Origin: Acidimicrobiales bacterium
GTDB taxonomy: Bacteria; Actinomycetota; Acidimicrobiia; Acidimicrobiales; SZUA-35
DNA length: 64,000 nucleotides
Direction: 5' to 3'
NCBI GenBank assembly: GCA_965216355.1
Contig: CBDCFR010000012.1
Span: forward strand, 1,017,065-1,081,064
Below the pieces are notes generated by a model, which was not told the origin of the DNA, searched no databases, and saw only the letters and a list, made by a program, of their open reading frames with translations. Of the stretch, positions 19,201-26,638 are shown piece by piece. Each line of letters starts with the position of its first letter. Position 1 is the stretch's first letter. The translations under genes and the position numbers were made by a program.

Positions 19201-19396
19201 CGACGGTGAACACCGAAATCCACCAGAGGATGGGGTTCATACCAAGACGCCAGGGCGGTGCGGTCCGGGAAATGAAATAGGCCAGGGCAAACGCGCTGAC
19301 TACCGGGGCCAGCAGCAGGAAAATGCGGATGGCAAAAGCGAGACGAGGCCGCGCCGGCCACTCGTTCTCGTTGATTGTTTGTGTAGGGCCGCCCAC
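13247..19396 (-). CDS. Giant membrane-anchored HD-GYP domain / cadherin-repeat / lamin-tail-domain protein (2049 aa)
   Basis: GTG start. Two N-terminal TM helices are followed by HD-GYP motifs (LLHDMGK at ~18835-18850, HHCRWDGKGYP at 18651-18686). Then come hydrophobic segment(s), a Thr-rich linker (~18090-18225), about 14 cadherin/Ig-like domains (DVDGGAP, LDFE, DVNEAP/VNDPP boundaries) and a C-terminal LTD-like motif ISEVLY...DEFIEFSNVGAAAFDIENFYLTD. Confidence 0.9.
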   Translation of the reverse strand: MGGPTQTINENEWPARPRLAFAIRIFLLLAPVVSAFALAYFISRTAPPWRLGMNPILWWISVFTVANTYLLLADRFLTRYLPIATLFRLSLIFPDQAPSRFKTSLRSTNSRKALQRLEDARQSGEWSDEIKHSEILLLLVNALSDHDRLTRGHAERVQAYCDLIAEELELPDDDRVRLRWGALLHDMGKLDVPAEILNKPERPNDEEWAILQTHPAAGNGYVEPLRPWLGDWLGAVDEHHCRWDGKGYPYNRAGEEITLAGRIAAVADAYDVMTSIRSYKKAKSAELARQELARGAGTQFDPTVVRAFLQIGIGKLRLVAGPLAWLAGSVGSVPSPVVGPAVAVTSAVVASFTGIFAGYDNMPSPDLAFVDETPEIVIEDATPVTSEPIPVQSTTSTTTTTTTVVVTTTTTQPPTTTTTTTTTTVAPTTAAPTTVGNLRPVAANDFIATAEDTAVILWAMANDSDPDGDGFTITSASAPTNGSVTVSADRTTIIYTPAPNFSGTDTFTYVVTDDRGATSTATATVDVTPINDPPVLSVFTGLADEAQPAGADVGAVAVSDIDGGAPVFTIVGGDPGGDFTIDPSTGVISITRPLDFETTPTYTLTVEVFDGVNTVSQTVTITVADVNEAPSAASSRLTVAEGGSITSADLTALHTDPEGDALTVSSVRFPGVNSASVTTDGSAITYVHDGSETASDSISYEITDSAGNVAIGSIAVTVTPVNDPPITTPISATVAENTVGAAVTVVPATDPEDQPLSFSIVGGDPGGEFSIVPGPGGLLGAQLAVTGAAGEITTASALDFETTPSYVLTIEISDGVNVVTDTVTVTVLDVNDPPAAATSSLTVAEGGSVTSADLTALHTDPEGDPLTVSSISFVGVNSASTTTDGSTVTYTHDGSETVSDSLSYVITDTAGNSATGTINVTVTPVNDPPVVSPLSGSVGENLPAGEVVGTVAVSDVDGGAPTFAITGGDPLGEFTIDAATGEVTTTAPLDFEATPSYTLTVSVSDGVDTVSQTVSVSVVDANEAPGPATSSLTVAEGGSITSADLTVLHSDPEGDVLTITSVTAAGANSLSATTDGTTVTYTHDGTETTSDTVTYEISDIAGNTSVGTINVVVTPVNDPPLTSPVAGSVDENLLAGQSVVFVAASDPEGQPLSFAITGGDPLGEFNVAPTTGEITTAAPLDFEATPTYTLTVEVSDGVNTVGETVTVTVLDVNEAPAPASSSLTVAEGGSATSADLTALHTDPEGDALTVTLVTGPGANSVSTTTDGATVTYSHDGSETSADTVTYNITDTAGNTAVGTINVTVTPVNDPPVVSPLSGSVTENLPAGQVIGTVAVTDVDGGAPTFAITGGDPLGEFTIDATTGEVTTTAPLDFEVTSSYTLTVAVSDGVDTVSQTVSISVLDANEAPAPATSSLAVAEGGSITSADLTVLHTDPEGDALTVTSITSAGANSTSATTDGTTVTYTHDGSETSTDTVTYEISDIAGNIAVGTINVTVTPVNDPPITSPSTGAVDEGLVAGQSVVFVTASDPEGQPLSYTVTAGDPLGEFTVAPTTGEITTTGPLDFEAASTYTLTVEVSDGVHIVTETITINVNDVNEAPAPATSSLTVDEGGSITSADLTALHTDPEGDALTITLISDPGANSISTTTDGTTATYTHDGSETTSDTIVYVISDTAGNTATGTINVTVNPTNDPPILSPIPDQTAYVNVPFTMTFPFSDVDGFVVDVTAGIFPGSMTLDVDFLAGTATLSGTPVLAELDTVWPILVQVTDDQGAATTTTFTLTIDPIGLSPHAGNIVISEVLYAESDPYDTAAPFAAYLMDEFIEFSNVGAAAFDIENFYLTDTPDPSVQTDFAFHTGVPPYLPEHTGRINQAFTQPTLFSPGQFITAPIRRPSWTQYFLQDGSLRPAIPYALWFRGVDYGFPPGPNSNWEALENSGDDLWFWDADGLLVAFVAWDDGTGNAHIAGRPPAALGIWDPSAEARLAGAAPGQSISLVEGTDNSLSACWERTASGDAIGACPGAALPTEDVDPPGAFPPPELQGRVSSQGTWNG
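14320..18090 (-). repeat. Intragenic tandem domain array: six ~570-610 bp two-domain units, equal to three ~1.15-1.2 kb four-domain super-repeats, plus one leading domain
   Basis: PVNDPP-type boundaries (ggcggatcgttcaccgg variants on the + strand) occur at ~17807, 17222, 16611, 16040, 15470, 14895 and 14320. Alternate units are very similar at the protein level, for example VVSPLSGSVGENLPAGEVVGTVAVSDVDGGAPTFAITGGDPLGEF versus VVSPLSGSVTENLPAGQVIGTVAVTDVDGGAPTFAITGGDPLGEF. Confidence 0.9.
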
Positions 19397-19496
19397 AGCG
19401 TCTTTTTTCGGCAGATTTGGAGCCGAGTGAAGAAACGATTCTTCGGTACAAAGAAGGCGCTCTATCTTCCTGGTTTAGGGCTATAGGTCGAATGGC

Positions 19497-20663
19497 CTAG
19501 GCATCAGACGCAGCGACCGGTTGCTCGATCCGGATCCAGTCCACCTGCAGCCGCACTTCGCCGGTCAGAACAGGTTGTTGACCGGGAAGGTCCGGGCTGT
19601 CGGACCCGTCGAGCTGAATGGCAAGATCAAGCCCTCCGTGTGGGATGTGGCTCACGTCTTCGGAGAGAATCACCGGCGATCCGCCATCAATCGAAACGGC
19701 GACGTATTCGTCGGTCCACAACATCTCATAGACATGCCATTCGGCGGCCGATACGTCGGCACCGGCTTCGCTGTGACTCATCGACGTCGATCCGTGACCG
19801 TCGGCGTCGACCCAGTGCAGGTCGGACCACACCGGACTGCGGTCATCCCGGTCGAGGCGGGTGGACATGATGTTGATCTCGCCCCCGGCCGGCCAGTTGT
19901 TGTCGACGGGCCATAGGTGGATTACGCCGGCCGTTACCTGATCGGCGTCGACATCGACCCTGGCCCGGAACGTGATCTTTCCTCCGGTGACGGTGTGGCC
20001 GGCGAGCTTCATTCCCCCAGATACGAGATGTCCGGCCTCGACTCCACTTCCCATCCTGGCCGTGATCTCAAGCACGTGATCACCGGCAGCACCAGCGGCA
20101 CCGTCGGCGGGCACCACGGCCACCGCCGAAGGCCGTCGCAATCCCCAACCCTCGTGGCCGACGCCGTTGTACACGATCCAATCCCCGGGAACGAGTTCAC
20201 CGGCCCGGAAGTCCTGGTAGTACGTCGTCTCCAGCGCTGGTACGTGAACAGTCGAGCTTGTCTTCTCACGAGTGGTGGTCGGCGAGCCGTCATTATCCGT
20301 GGTCGTCGTTGCCAGATCATCGGTGGTGGTCGGCCCCGTGGGGTCCGACTCGTCCAATGTCGTATCGGGAACGGTGGTGGTGGTCGTCGTGGTGGTCGTA
20401 GTCGTGGTGGTGGTTGTCGGCCGCAGCATGTTGCCACCGCCTTCGAGTCGCGGGGTGGCGTCGAGATCGGCGAAGGCCAACTGATCGGGAGCATCCCCGC
20501 CAGTCGGCTGCTCGCCGTCGACGGTTTCAACCCGGGTGCCGTCGGCCAATTGGGTCGAGCCGCTGGCCCGATCCCAGAGCATCACAACACTGACCACGAG
20601 GCCCGCCAACACCCAGAGCGCTAGTTGCCATCGCCGAACCATGCCTGAACCATCGGCAGCCAC
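19497..20663 (-). CDS. Secreted GH16/concanavalin-like jelly-roll protein with Thr-rich linker and degenerate catalytic motif
   Basis: Signal/TM segment MVRRWQLALWVLAGLVVSVVMLW and a poly-Thr linker. GH16-like blocks: GGKITFRARV, GVIHLWP, WPAGGEINIMST (in place of GEIDI.E) and EWHVYEMLWTDEYVAVSIDGG. Confidence 0.7.
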   Translation of the reverse strand: MAADGSGMVRRWQLALWVLAGLVVSVVMLWDRASGSTQLADGTRVETVDGEQPTGGDAPDQLAFADLDATPRLEGGGNMLRPTTTTTTTTTTTTTTTVPDTTLDESDPTGPTTTDDLATTTTDNDGSPTTTREKTSSTVHVPALETTYYQDFRAGELVPGDWIVYNGVGHEGWGLRRPSAVAVVPADGAAGAAGDHVLEITARMGSGVEAGHLVSGGMKLAGHTVTGGKITFRARVDVDADQVTAGVIHLWPVDNNWPAGGEINIMSTRLDRDDRSPVWSDLHWVDADGHGSTSMSHSEAGADVSAAEWHVYEMLWTDEYVAVSIDGGSPVILSEDVSHIPHGGLDLAIQLDGSDSPDLPGQQPVLTGEVRLQVDWIRIEQPVAASDA

Positions 20664-20752
20664 TTGAGCGTTCTTAGGCTTTATGACCTATGTCGAAGTG
20701 ACCGAATCATTCTTTGCCTTCCGCTAACCCGCAGGCCCGCTACGCTCAGGCC

Positions 20753-22054
20753 ATGGCCAGTACGCTCGGAGAGGGAGCGCGCAACCGGCTCGCCGCTTTG
20801 TGGGATTCAACCCCCACAGCAAAAATCGTCGGTCCGCTGTTCACCATTGCCATTGTCGCGGTCTTGGCCATGCTCGTTATGAACCGGCCCGACACCACGG
20901 TGGCCACCGGCCCGGCCGACAACGGGTCGGAGGTCGACAGTCCCGTCACCGCTCCAGCCCCTATCGAAGAGGAGCCGGAGTCGGTTGAGGATTCGAACCC
21001 GTTTCTGATCGTCGGAAACGAGATCGTCGACCCCGACGGCAACATCTTCGTGCCCCGCGGCGTTAACGGCGCCATCAAGATCACCGAGTTCCCGTACGTC
21101 TTCGAGGGTGGTAACGGCGGGCTCAACGGCCGTGTCGACTCGATCCTGGCCTGGGGTTGGAATACCGTGCGAGCCACTCTCAACTGTTACGGCACCGATG
21201 GTCAGCCCACCAGTCAGGACGTTATCGACGGCATCGCCGCCACCGTCGACGAGCTGACCCAGGCTCGCATCGTGGTGATCCTGGCCTGCCACGACGCCAC
21301 CGGATCGAATCTTGAGCTGGAGAGCGAGACCGAAATCAACGTCCGCCGGTTCTGGGATCAGATCGTCACCCGCTACAAGAACAATCCGTACGTCTGGTTC
21401 AACTTCTACAACGAACCTCAGGCCGTGTTCGACGGCGAGGCGTGGCTTGATCTCCACCGCTTTTACTACGACCGCTACCGCACTCAAGGCGTCGAGAACG
21501 TCATGGTGTTCGACCTCCCGATTTACGGGCAGGCCATCAACCTTCTCGCCGAGGATGAGGTTTTCGACGAGATGGGCGGCTGCAATGTGCTATTCGGGTG
21601 GCACGCTTGGGGTGCGTTGGACGGCCGTCAAGCCACCGATGACGAATACCTTGAGTACGCCCAAGCCGTGATCGACCGAGGTTTGGCCGTGGCCATCACC
21701 GAGGCCGGTGTGCCCCAGCCGCTGACCGCCGGCACCGCCGGCAACCCGGAATGGAACGAAAGCGGCTACTACGCCGCTCTCAAGGTGACGAAATCCTGGC
21801 CGATCGGATTGCTATGGTGGCACGGCACCGGCGACAACTCCAATGAGTTGTTCTATCCCCTCAAGACCGACAAAACGGGCTTCTGGACTGCCAACAACTC
21901 CGGAGCGTTGACCAGAGCCGGCGCCACATTCTGGGAATTCAGTCAGCGGGAGCGTGCGGTTGAAAAGTTCAGCGGAGAGGTCACCGACAGCGCTTGCCCG
22001 TCGTCGTTCGAGGTCGAGTATCCCGTCGACAACGACGACACCCTCGACGGGTAA
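20753..22054 (+). CDS. Glycoside hydrolase family 5 (cellulase/mannanase-type), membrane-anchored or secreted
   Basis: N-terminal TM IVGPLFTIAIVAVLAMLVM. The acid/base motif is WFNFYNEPQ (NEP) and the nucleophile motif is AVAITEAGV. The ORF opens at TTG 20714; the ATG at 20753 is used here, and the start is uncertain. Confidence 0.75.
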   Translation: MASTLGEGARNRLAALWDSTPTAKIVGPLFTIAIVAVLAMLVMNRPDTTVATGPADNGSEVDSPVTAPAPIEEEPESVEDSNPFLIVGNEIVDPDGNIFVPRGVNGAIKITEFPYVFEGGNGGLNGRVDSILAWGWNTVRATLNCYGTDGQPTSQDVIDGIAATVDELTQARIVVILACHDATGSNLELESETEINVRRFWDQIVTRYKNNPYVWFNFYNEPQAVFDGEAWLDLHRFYYDRYRTQGVENVMVFDLPIYGQAINLLAEDEVFDEMGGCNVLFGWHAWGALDGRQATDDEYLEYAQAVIDRGLAVAITEAGVPQPLTAGTAGNPEWNESGYYAALKVTKSWPIGLLWWHGTGDNSNELFYPLKTDKTGFWTANNSGALTRAGATFWEFSQRERAVEKFSGEVTDSACPSSFEVEYPVDNDDTLDG

Positions 22055-24947
22055 TCCCTGGCCGCTGCTTGTGGCGCTCGTCGTCGCGTCATCTCTTGTT
22101 GTATTGTCTCTTGTTGCCGCCGCCTGCACCGGTGAATCATCCGACGGGGCGTCCAATGGGCCCACCAATGAGGTGACACAAGAGGAGGCCGACGCCGGCT
22201 CATCCGGCGCGACTGACAGCCTCCCCGGGCTACCGGTGCCGGACGACACTCCGATCGAGGTGTCGGCCGATCTGACCATGGGCACACTCGACAACAGGCT
22301 CGACTACTACATCATGGCCAACGATTCGCCGGGGTCGCAGGCGGAACTGCTGCTTGTGGTCGATGCCGGGTCGGCCCAACAGAAGGTGCCCGACTCCGGT
22401 GGCGCCCACTTCCTCGAACACATGATGTTCAACGGCACCGAAGACTTCCCCGGAAACGAACTCGACACCGTGCTGCGCGGCCTCGGGGTGGAGATCGGCC
22501 CTGACTTGAACGCCTACACCTCGTTTGATGAGACCGTTTATCAGATGGGCATGCCGTCGGTGCGCTCCGACGACCTTGAACTGGGCCTTCGGGTGCTCGC
22601 TCAATGGGCCGGGGCCGCCACCATCGACCAGGCCGAGGTGGAAGCGGAACGGGGTGTGGTTCGCGAGGAGTTCCGGGTTCGTTCCGAGACCGGCTCGGCC
22701 GCCATCAACGAGCGACTGTTCGAGATCTACAGTGCCGACTCCGGCTACGAAGGCCACCTCCCGATCGGGTCCGACAGCAAGATCTTGGCCACCAACGCCG
22801 AGGAACTTCGCGAGTTCTACGACGACTGGTACCGGCCTGACAACATGGCCGTCATCGCCGTCGGCGACTTCGACATCGGCGAGATCGAGGCCATGATCAA
22901 GCAGGAGCTCGGCAACCTGACCGATCGTGGCTCCAGCCCGGAGCGGCTGCCGGTCGAGTCGGGCCTGTTGACCGAACCGATTGTCGAGGTCGTCACCGCC
23001 GAGGGCGGACCGGAACCCTCGATCTCGCTCGACTACCAGCTTCCGAACTGGGATCCGTCAACCATCGGCGGCCAGCGCATGCTGCTGGCCGACACACTCC
23101 TCGGTTTGATGCTGAGCACCTATCTCGATGAGTTGGCGGCCGATGGGGCGATCGACATCATCCGCCCGTTCGCCCAACCGTTTGAGTTCACTCGTAGCCG
23201 ACGGTTCCTCGGTATGAACGTGGCCGCGTCCGACTACGTCCAGGGTGCCACCGATTTGATGCGAGCCATGCGAACCGCACAGGAACGCGGGTTCACCCAG
23301 GATCACCTCGATCAGGCCCGGCAGGAGTACGAGGCGTTCATCGCCCAGACCGTGGCGTCATACGACACCAAACAGGATCGGGAACTGGCCGACGAGCTGG
23401 TGGCTCACGTGTTGAGTGGCCAGCCGATGGAGAGCATCGACCGGTGGGAGGAACGCACAACCGATCAGCTCAACTCCTTTGATCTCGACGAGCTGAACCA
23501 GCTGTTCAAGGCTGAGATCGGCCGCACCGCACCGCTGTTCACGCTGCTCGGTTCCGATCCGTCGGTGCTGCCTGGCGAGGACGAACTGGCCGCCGCCGTG
23601 GCCGCCGGAATGTCGGGCGAGTTGATCGATCAGCGGGAAGCAGTTGCGATCGACGAGCTGGTGGCCCGGCCCAACGGCCCTGAGCCGGTTGACGGCGGGG
23701 AGATCTGGGGTTTCACCGAAGACCGTTTCTGGAACTTCGACAACGGCATGACGGTGCTGTACTGGGACTCCGAGATAGCCGCCAATCAGGTCGACGTGTG
23801 GTTGTTGAGTCGATCGGGTCGTGAGGCCCTCACCGAGCGCCAGGGCCGATTGGCCGATATGGCCATTGCCGCGGTCACCAACTCCGGCGTCGCCGGGTAC
23901 GACCAGGTGAGCCTAGGCCGCTACCTGGCCGACAGCACTGCCGGCGTGGCGCCCTTCGTCGACACGAGATTCCAGGGCATCACCGGGAGCGCAGCGTCCG
24001 ACGATCTCGAAGATCTGTTCGAGCTGCTGAACGCCTATTTCACCGAAGCCCAGATCGACGGATCGGGAATGGCGGTGGCCACCAACAACATGGAATCGAC
24101 CCTCCAGGCCCTGTCGACCGAGCCGGGGTTCGACTCGTTCCGCAGCGAGCGAGAACTCCGCTTCGCCGACCAACCGAATCTGATCGGTATCCCCGACGCC
24201 GACTCGGTGGGTACCGCCACGGCCGACGAACTGCTCGAGATATTCGAGAGCCGCTTCTCCAATCCGGCCGAGCTGGTGGTGTTGGTGGTGGGTGATGTCG
24301 ACTCCGACACCGTGGTCGACCTGGCCGCCGACTACCTCGGGTCGATACCGGCGGCACCCGCCGACCCGGTTGCTCCCGATGTGGTTTATCCGGTTGGGCC
24401 GATCGACTTCTCGATCAGTGCGGGAGTCAATCGTTCGGGAGCCGGGTTCGACCGCTACTACCGCTTCGCCGGATCGTTAACCGAGCAGCAGTCGATCGAG
24501 GCCGATCTGTTGGCCGGCATCATCAACGACCGGTTGTTCGTGCGGGTTCGGGAGGAGTTGGGCGCCTCATACGGCGGAGGCAACGCCGCGGTAGCCAGCG
24601 GACCGCTGAACTCCTACGACACCACGTTCACCATCTCGGTCAACGGCGACCCGGATCGTCTAGACGAGATCATGGCCGTGGTCGACGAAGAACTTCAGAC
24701 GCTGCTCGTGGAGGGGCCGTCGGCGGAAGACCTGGCCGAGGCCAAGGCCGTGCTGATCAACGACGTCCAGTTGGTCAACAACTTCAACCTCATGACGTTC
24801 CTCTTGGACTTCCACAGCACAGGGGAAGCCGGCGAACTGTTCAACGAGGAAGAGATCATCAGGCGCACCACCGCCGGCGACATTCAAGGCATCGCAGACC
24901 GGCTAATGAACCCGGCCAACCTCATCGAGATCAGGCGCGACCGCTGA
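21954..24947 (+). CDS. M16 (pitrilysin/insulinase) family zinc peptidase, probable lipoprotein, two-half architecture
   Basis: HxxEH zinc motif in GGAHFLEHMMFNGTEDFPGNE. Lipobox-like segment LVVLSLVAAAC. The start is uncertain: GTG 21954 overlaps the GH5 gene by ~100 nt, and an alternative GTG sits at 22071. Confidence 0.85.
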   Translation: MRLKSSAERSPTALARRRSRSSIPSTTTTPSTGNPWPLLVALVVASSLVVLSLVAAACTGESSDGASNGPTNEVTQEEADAGSSGATDSLPGLPVPDDTPIEVSADLTMGTLDNRLDYYIMANDSPGSQAELLLVVDAGSAQQKVPDSGGAHFLEHMMFNGTEDFPGNELDTVLRGLGVEIGPDLNAYTSFDETVYQMGMPSVRSDDLELGLRVLAQWAGAATIDQAEVEAERGVVREEFRVRSETGSAAINERLFEIYSADSGYEGHLPIGSDSKILATNAEELREFYDDWYRPDNMAVIAVGDFDIGEIEAMIKQELGNLTDRGSSPERLPVESGLLTEPIVEVVTAEGGPEPSISLDYQLPNWDPSTIGGQRMLLADTLLGLMLSTYLDELAADGAIDIIRPFAQPFEFTRSRRFLGMNVAASDYVQGATDLMRAMRTAQERGFTQDHLDQARQEYEAFIAQTVASYDTKQDRELADELVAHVLSGQPMESIDRWEERTTDQLNSFDLDELNQLFKAEIGRTAPLFTLLGSDPSVLPGEDELAAAVAAGMSGELIDQREAVAIDELVARPNGPEPVDGGEIWGFTEDRFWNFDNGMTVLYWDSEIAANQVDVWLLSRSGREALTERQGRLADMAIAAVTNSGVAGYDQVSLGRYLADSTAGVAPFVDTRFQGITGSAASDDLEDLFELLNAYFTEAQIDGSGMAVATNNMESTLQALSTEPGFDSFRSERELRFADQPNLIGIPDADSVGTATADELLEIFESRFSNPAELVVLVVGDVDSDTVVDLAADYLGSIPAAPADPVAPDVVYPVGPIDFSISAGVNRSGAGFDRYYRFAGSLTEQQSIEADLLAGIINDRLFVRVREELGASYGGGNAAVASGPLNSYDTTFTISVNGDPDRLDEIMAVVDEELQTLLVEGPSAEDLAEAKAVLINDVQLVNNFNLMTFLLDFHSTGEAGELFNEEEIIRRTTAGDIQGIADRLMNPANLIEIRRDR

Positions 24948-24960
24948 TTCGGCGATCCAC

Positions 24961-25884
24961 CTAGTCTTCGATGTGGGAGCGGAGCGACTCCATCCACTGG
25001 TGGGCGTTGGCCCAGGCAGCTTCGGCTTCCTCCCGAGTCGCAGTTGAGCCGTTGCCTGCCGTGGGGTAGCTGCCGAGGAACTTCACGTCGGCGTGTTTGG
25101 CGAAGATGGAACGGAGACAGTCGGCGCTGAGTTCGTCGGCGATGTGGCCGTCGAAATCGATGATGAAACAGTAGTCACCGAGGCCACGTTTGACCGGCCG
25201 AGATGACAGCCGCGAGAGGTTGATGCTGCGAGCGGCGAACTGCTGGAGGATGGCCACCAGCGAACCCGGTTTATCTTCCCGCTGGGTCAACACCACGGTG
25301 GTCTTGTCATGTCCGGTGGGGGCGGGCACTCCTTCACGTCCCACGAGCACAAACCGGGTTTGGTTGCCGGCGTGGTCGGCGATGTCTCGAGCCAGGATCT
25401 CCAGCCCGTAGTTTTTAGCGGCGAGCGCTGGTCCGATTGCGGCGAGGCCGGGTTCCTCGGCGGCGCGGGCCGCGGCCTCCGCGGTGGCATTGGCCGCTTT
25501 GACCGGCGCGTCGGGAAGCTCCTTGTGTAGGAACTTGCGGCACTGGGCGTTGGCCACCGGGTGGGATGAGACCACGGTGACGTCGTTGAGGGTGGTCCCC
25601 GGACGGGCCATCAGGTTGAGTTCGATGTCGAGCACAACCTCGCGCTGGATCAGCAGGTCGTGATCGAAAGCCAGCGCGTCGAGGGTGACGTTGACCGTGC
25701 CCTCGATGGCGTTCTCGATGGCGACAAACCCGAAGTCGGTCTCGCCTGATGAGGTGGCGTCGAGCACGTCGACAAACCTGGGGTAGGGCACAAACTCCAT
25801 GGTGGCCAGATCGGCCTCACTGCGAAGAGCCTGTTCGGTGAAGGTCCCTGCCGGTCCCAGGTATGCGATTCGTTTCTTGCTCAC
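24961..25884 (-). CDS. pheA: Prephenate dehydratase
   Basis: N-terminus IAYLGPAGTFTEQA, the TRF motif (GNQTRFVLVG) and a C-terminal ACT domain with LSRLSSRPVK..DYCFIIDFDGH. Confidence 0.9.
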   Translation of the reverse strand: MSKKRIAYLGPAGTFTEQALRSEADLATMEFVPYPRFVDVLDATSSGETDFGFVAIENAIEGTVNVTLDALAFDHDLLIQREVVLDIELNLMARPGTTLNDVTVVSSHPVANAQCRKFLHKELPDAPVKAANATAEAAARAAEEPGLAAIGPALAAKNYGLEILARDIADHAGNQTRFVLVGREGVPAPTGHDKTTVVLTQREDKPGSLVAILQQFAARSINLSRLSSRPVKRGLGDYCFIIDFDGHIADELSADCLRSIFAKHADVKFLGSYPTAGNGSTATREEAEAAWANAHQWMESLRSHIED

Positions 25885-25921
25885 CTACCCAGGGTATAAG
25901 CGGTCTATATAGAGTGAGGGC

Positions 25922-26638
25922 ATGGACGACCGACTTTACTTCCGTCAGCTGTTGAGCGGGCGAGACTTCGCCACCGACAACATGATCGCCCAGCAGATGG
26001 TGAACTTCGCCTACATGATCGGTGACCGTGAGGCCGGTGAGGTGGTGCTGGTCGATCCGGCCTACAACGTCGACGATCTTCTGGCGCTGGCCGAGGCCGA
26101 CGGCATGACCGTCACCGGTGTGCTCGGCACCCACTATCACGCCGACCATGTGGGCGGAAACATGATGGGGCACAACATCATCGGGGTGGCCGATCTGTTG
26201 GAGAAGGTCGACGTGCCGATTCATTTGCAGGCTCCCGAGGTGGAGTTCGTCACCAAGACCACCGGCCTTGGTCCAGGCCAGTTGGTTGGCCACGCATCGG
26301 GCGATGTAGTGACGGTCGGGTCGATCGACATCGAGCTGATTCACACGCCGGGTCACACCCCCGGCTCGCAATGTTTCCTGGTGCAGGGCAATCTCGTGTC
26401 GGGCGACACGCTGTTCCTCGACGGATGTGGCCGCACCGATCTGCCGGGCGGTGATGCCGAGCAGCTCTACCATTCGCTCACCGATCGGCTGGCCAAGGTG
26501 CCCGACACGGCGTTGCTCTACCCCGGTCACCTTTACTCACCGCCCGAGACCCACCGCTCGATGGGCGACACCAGGGCCCGCAACGTGGTGTACAAACCGT
26601 CGTCGGTTGAGCAGTGGATGATGATGTTCGGTCACTAG
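25922..26638 (+). CDS. MBL-fold metallo-hydrolase (glyoxalase II-like)
   Basis: HxHxDH motif THYHADHVGG, a downstream TPGHTPGS, and D..F...CGR. Confidence 0.85.
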   Translation: MDDRLYFRQLLSGRDFATDNMIAQQMVNFAYMIGDREAGEVVLVDPAYNVDDLLALAEADGMTVTGVLGTHYHADHVGGNMMGHNIIGVADLLEKVDVPIHLQAPEVEFVTKTTGLGPGQLVGHASGDVVTVGSIDIELIHTPGHTPGSQCFLVQGNLVSGDTLFLDGCGRTDLPGGDAEQLYHSLTDRLAKVPDTALLYPGHLYSPPETHRSMGDTRARNVVYKPSSVEQWMMMFGH

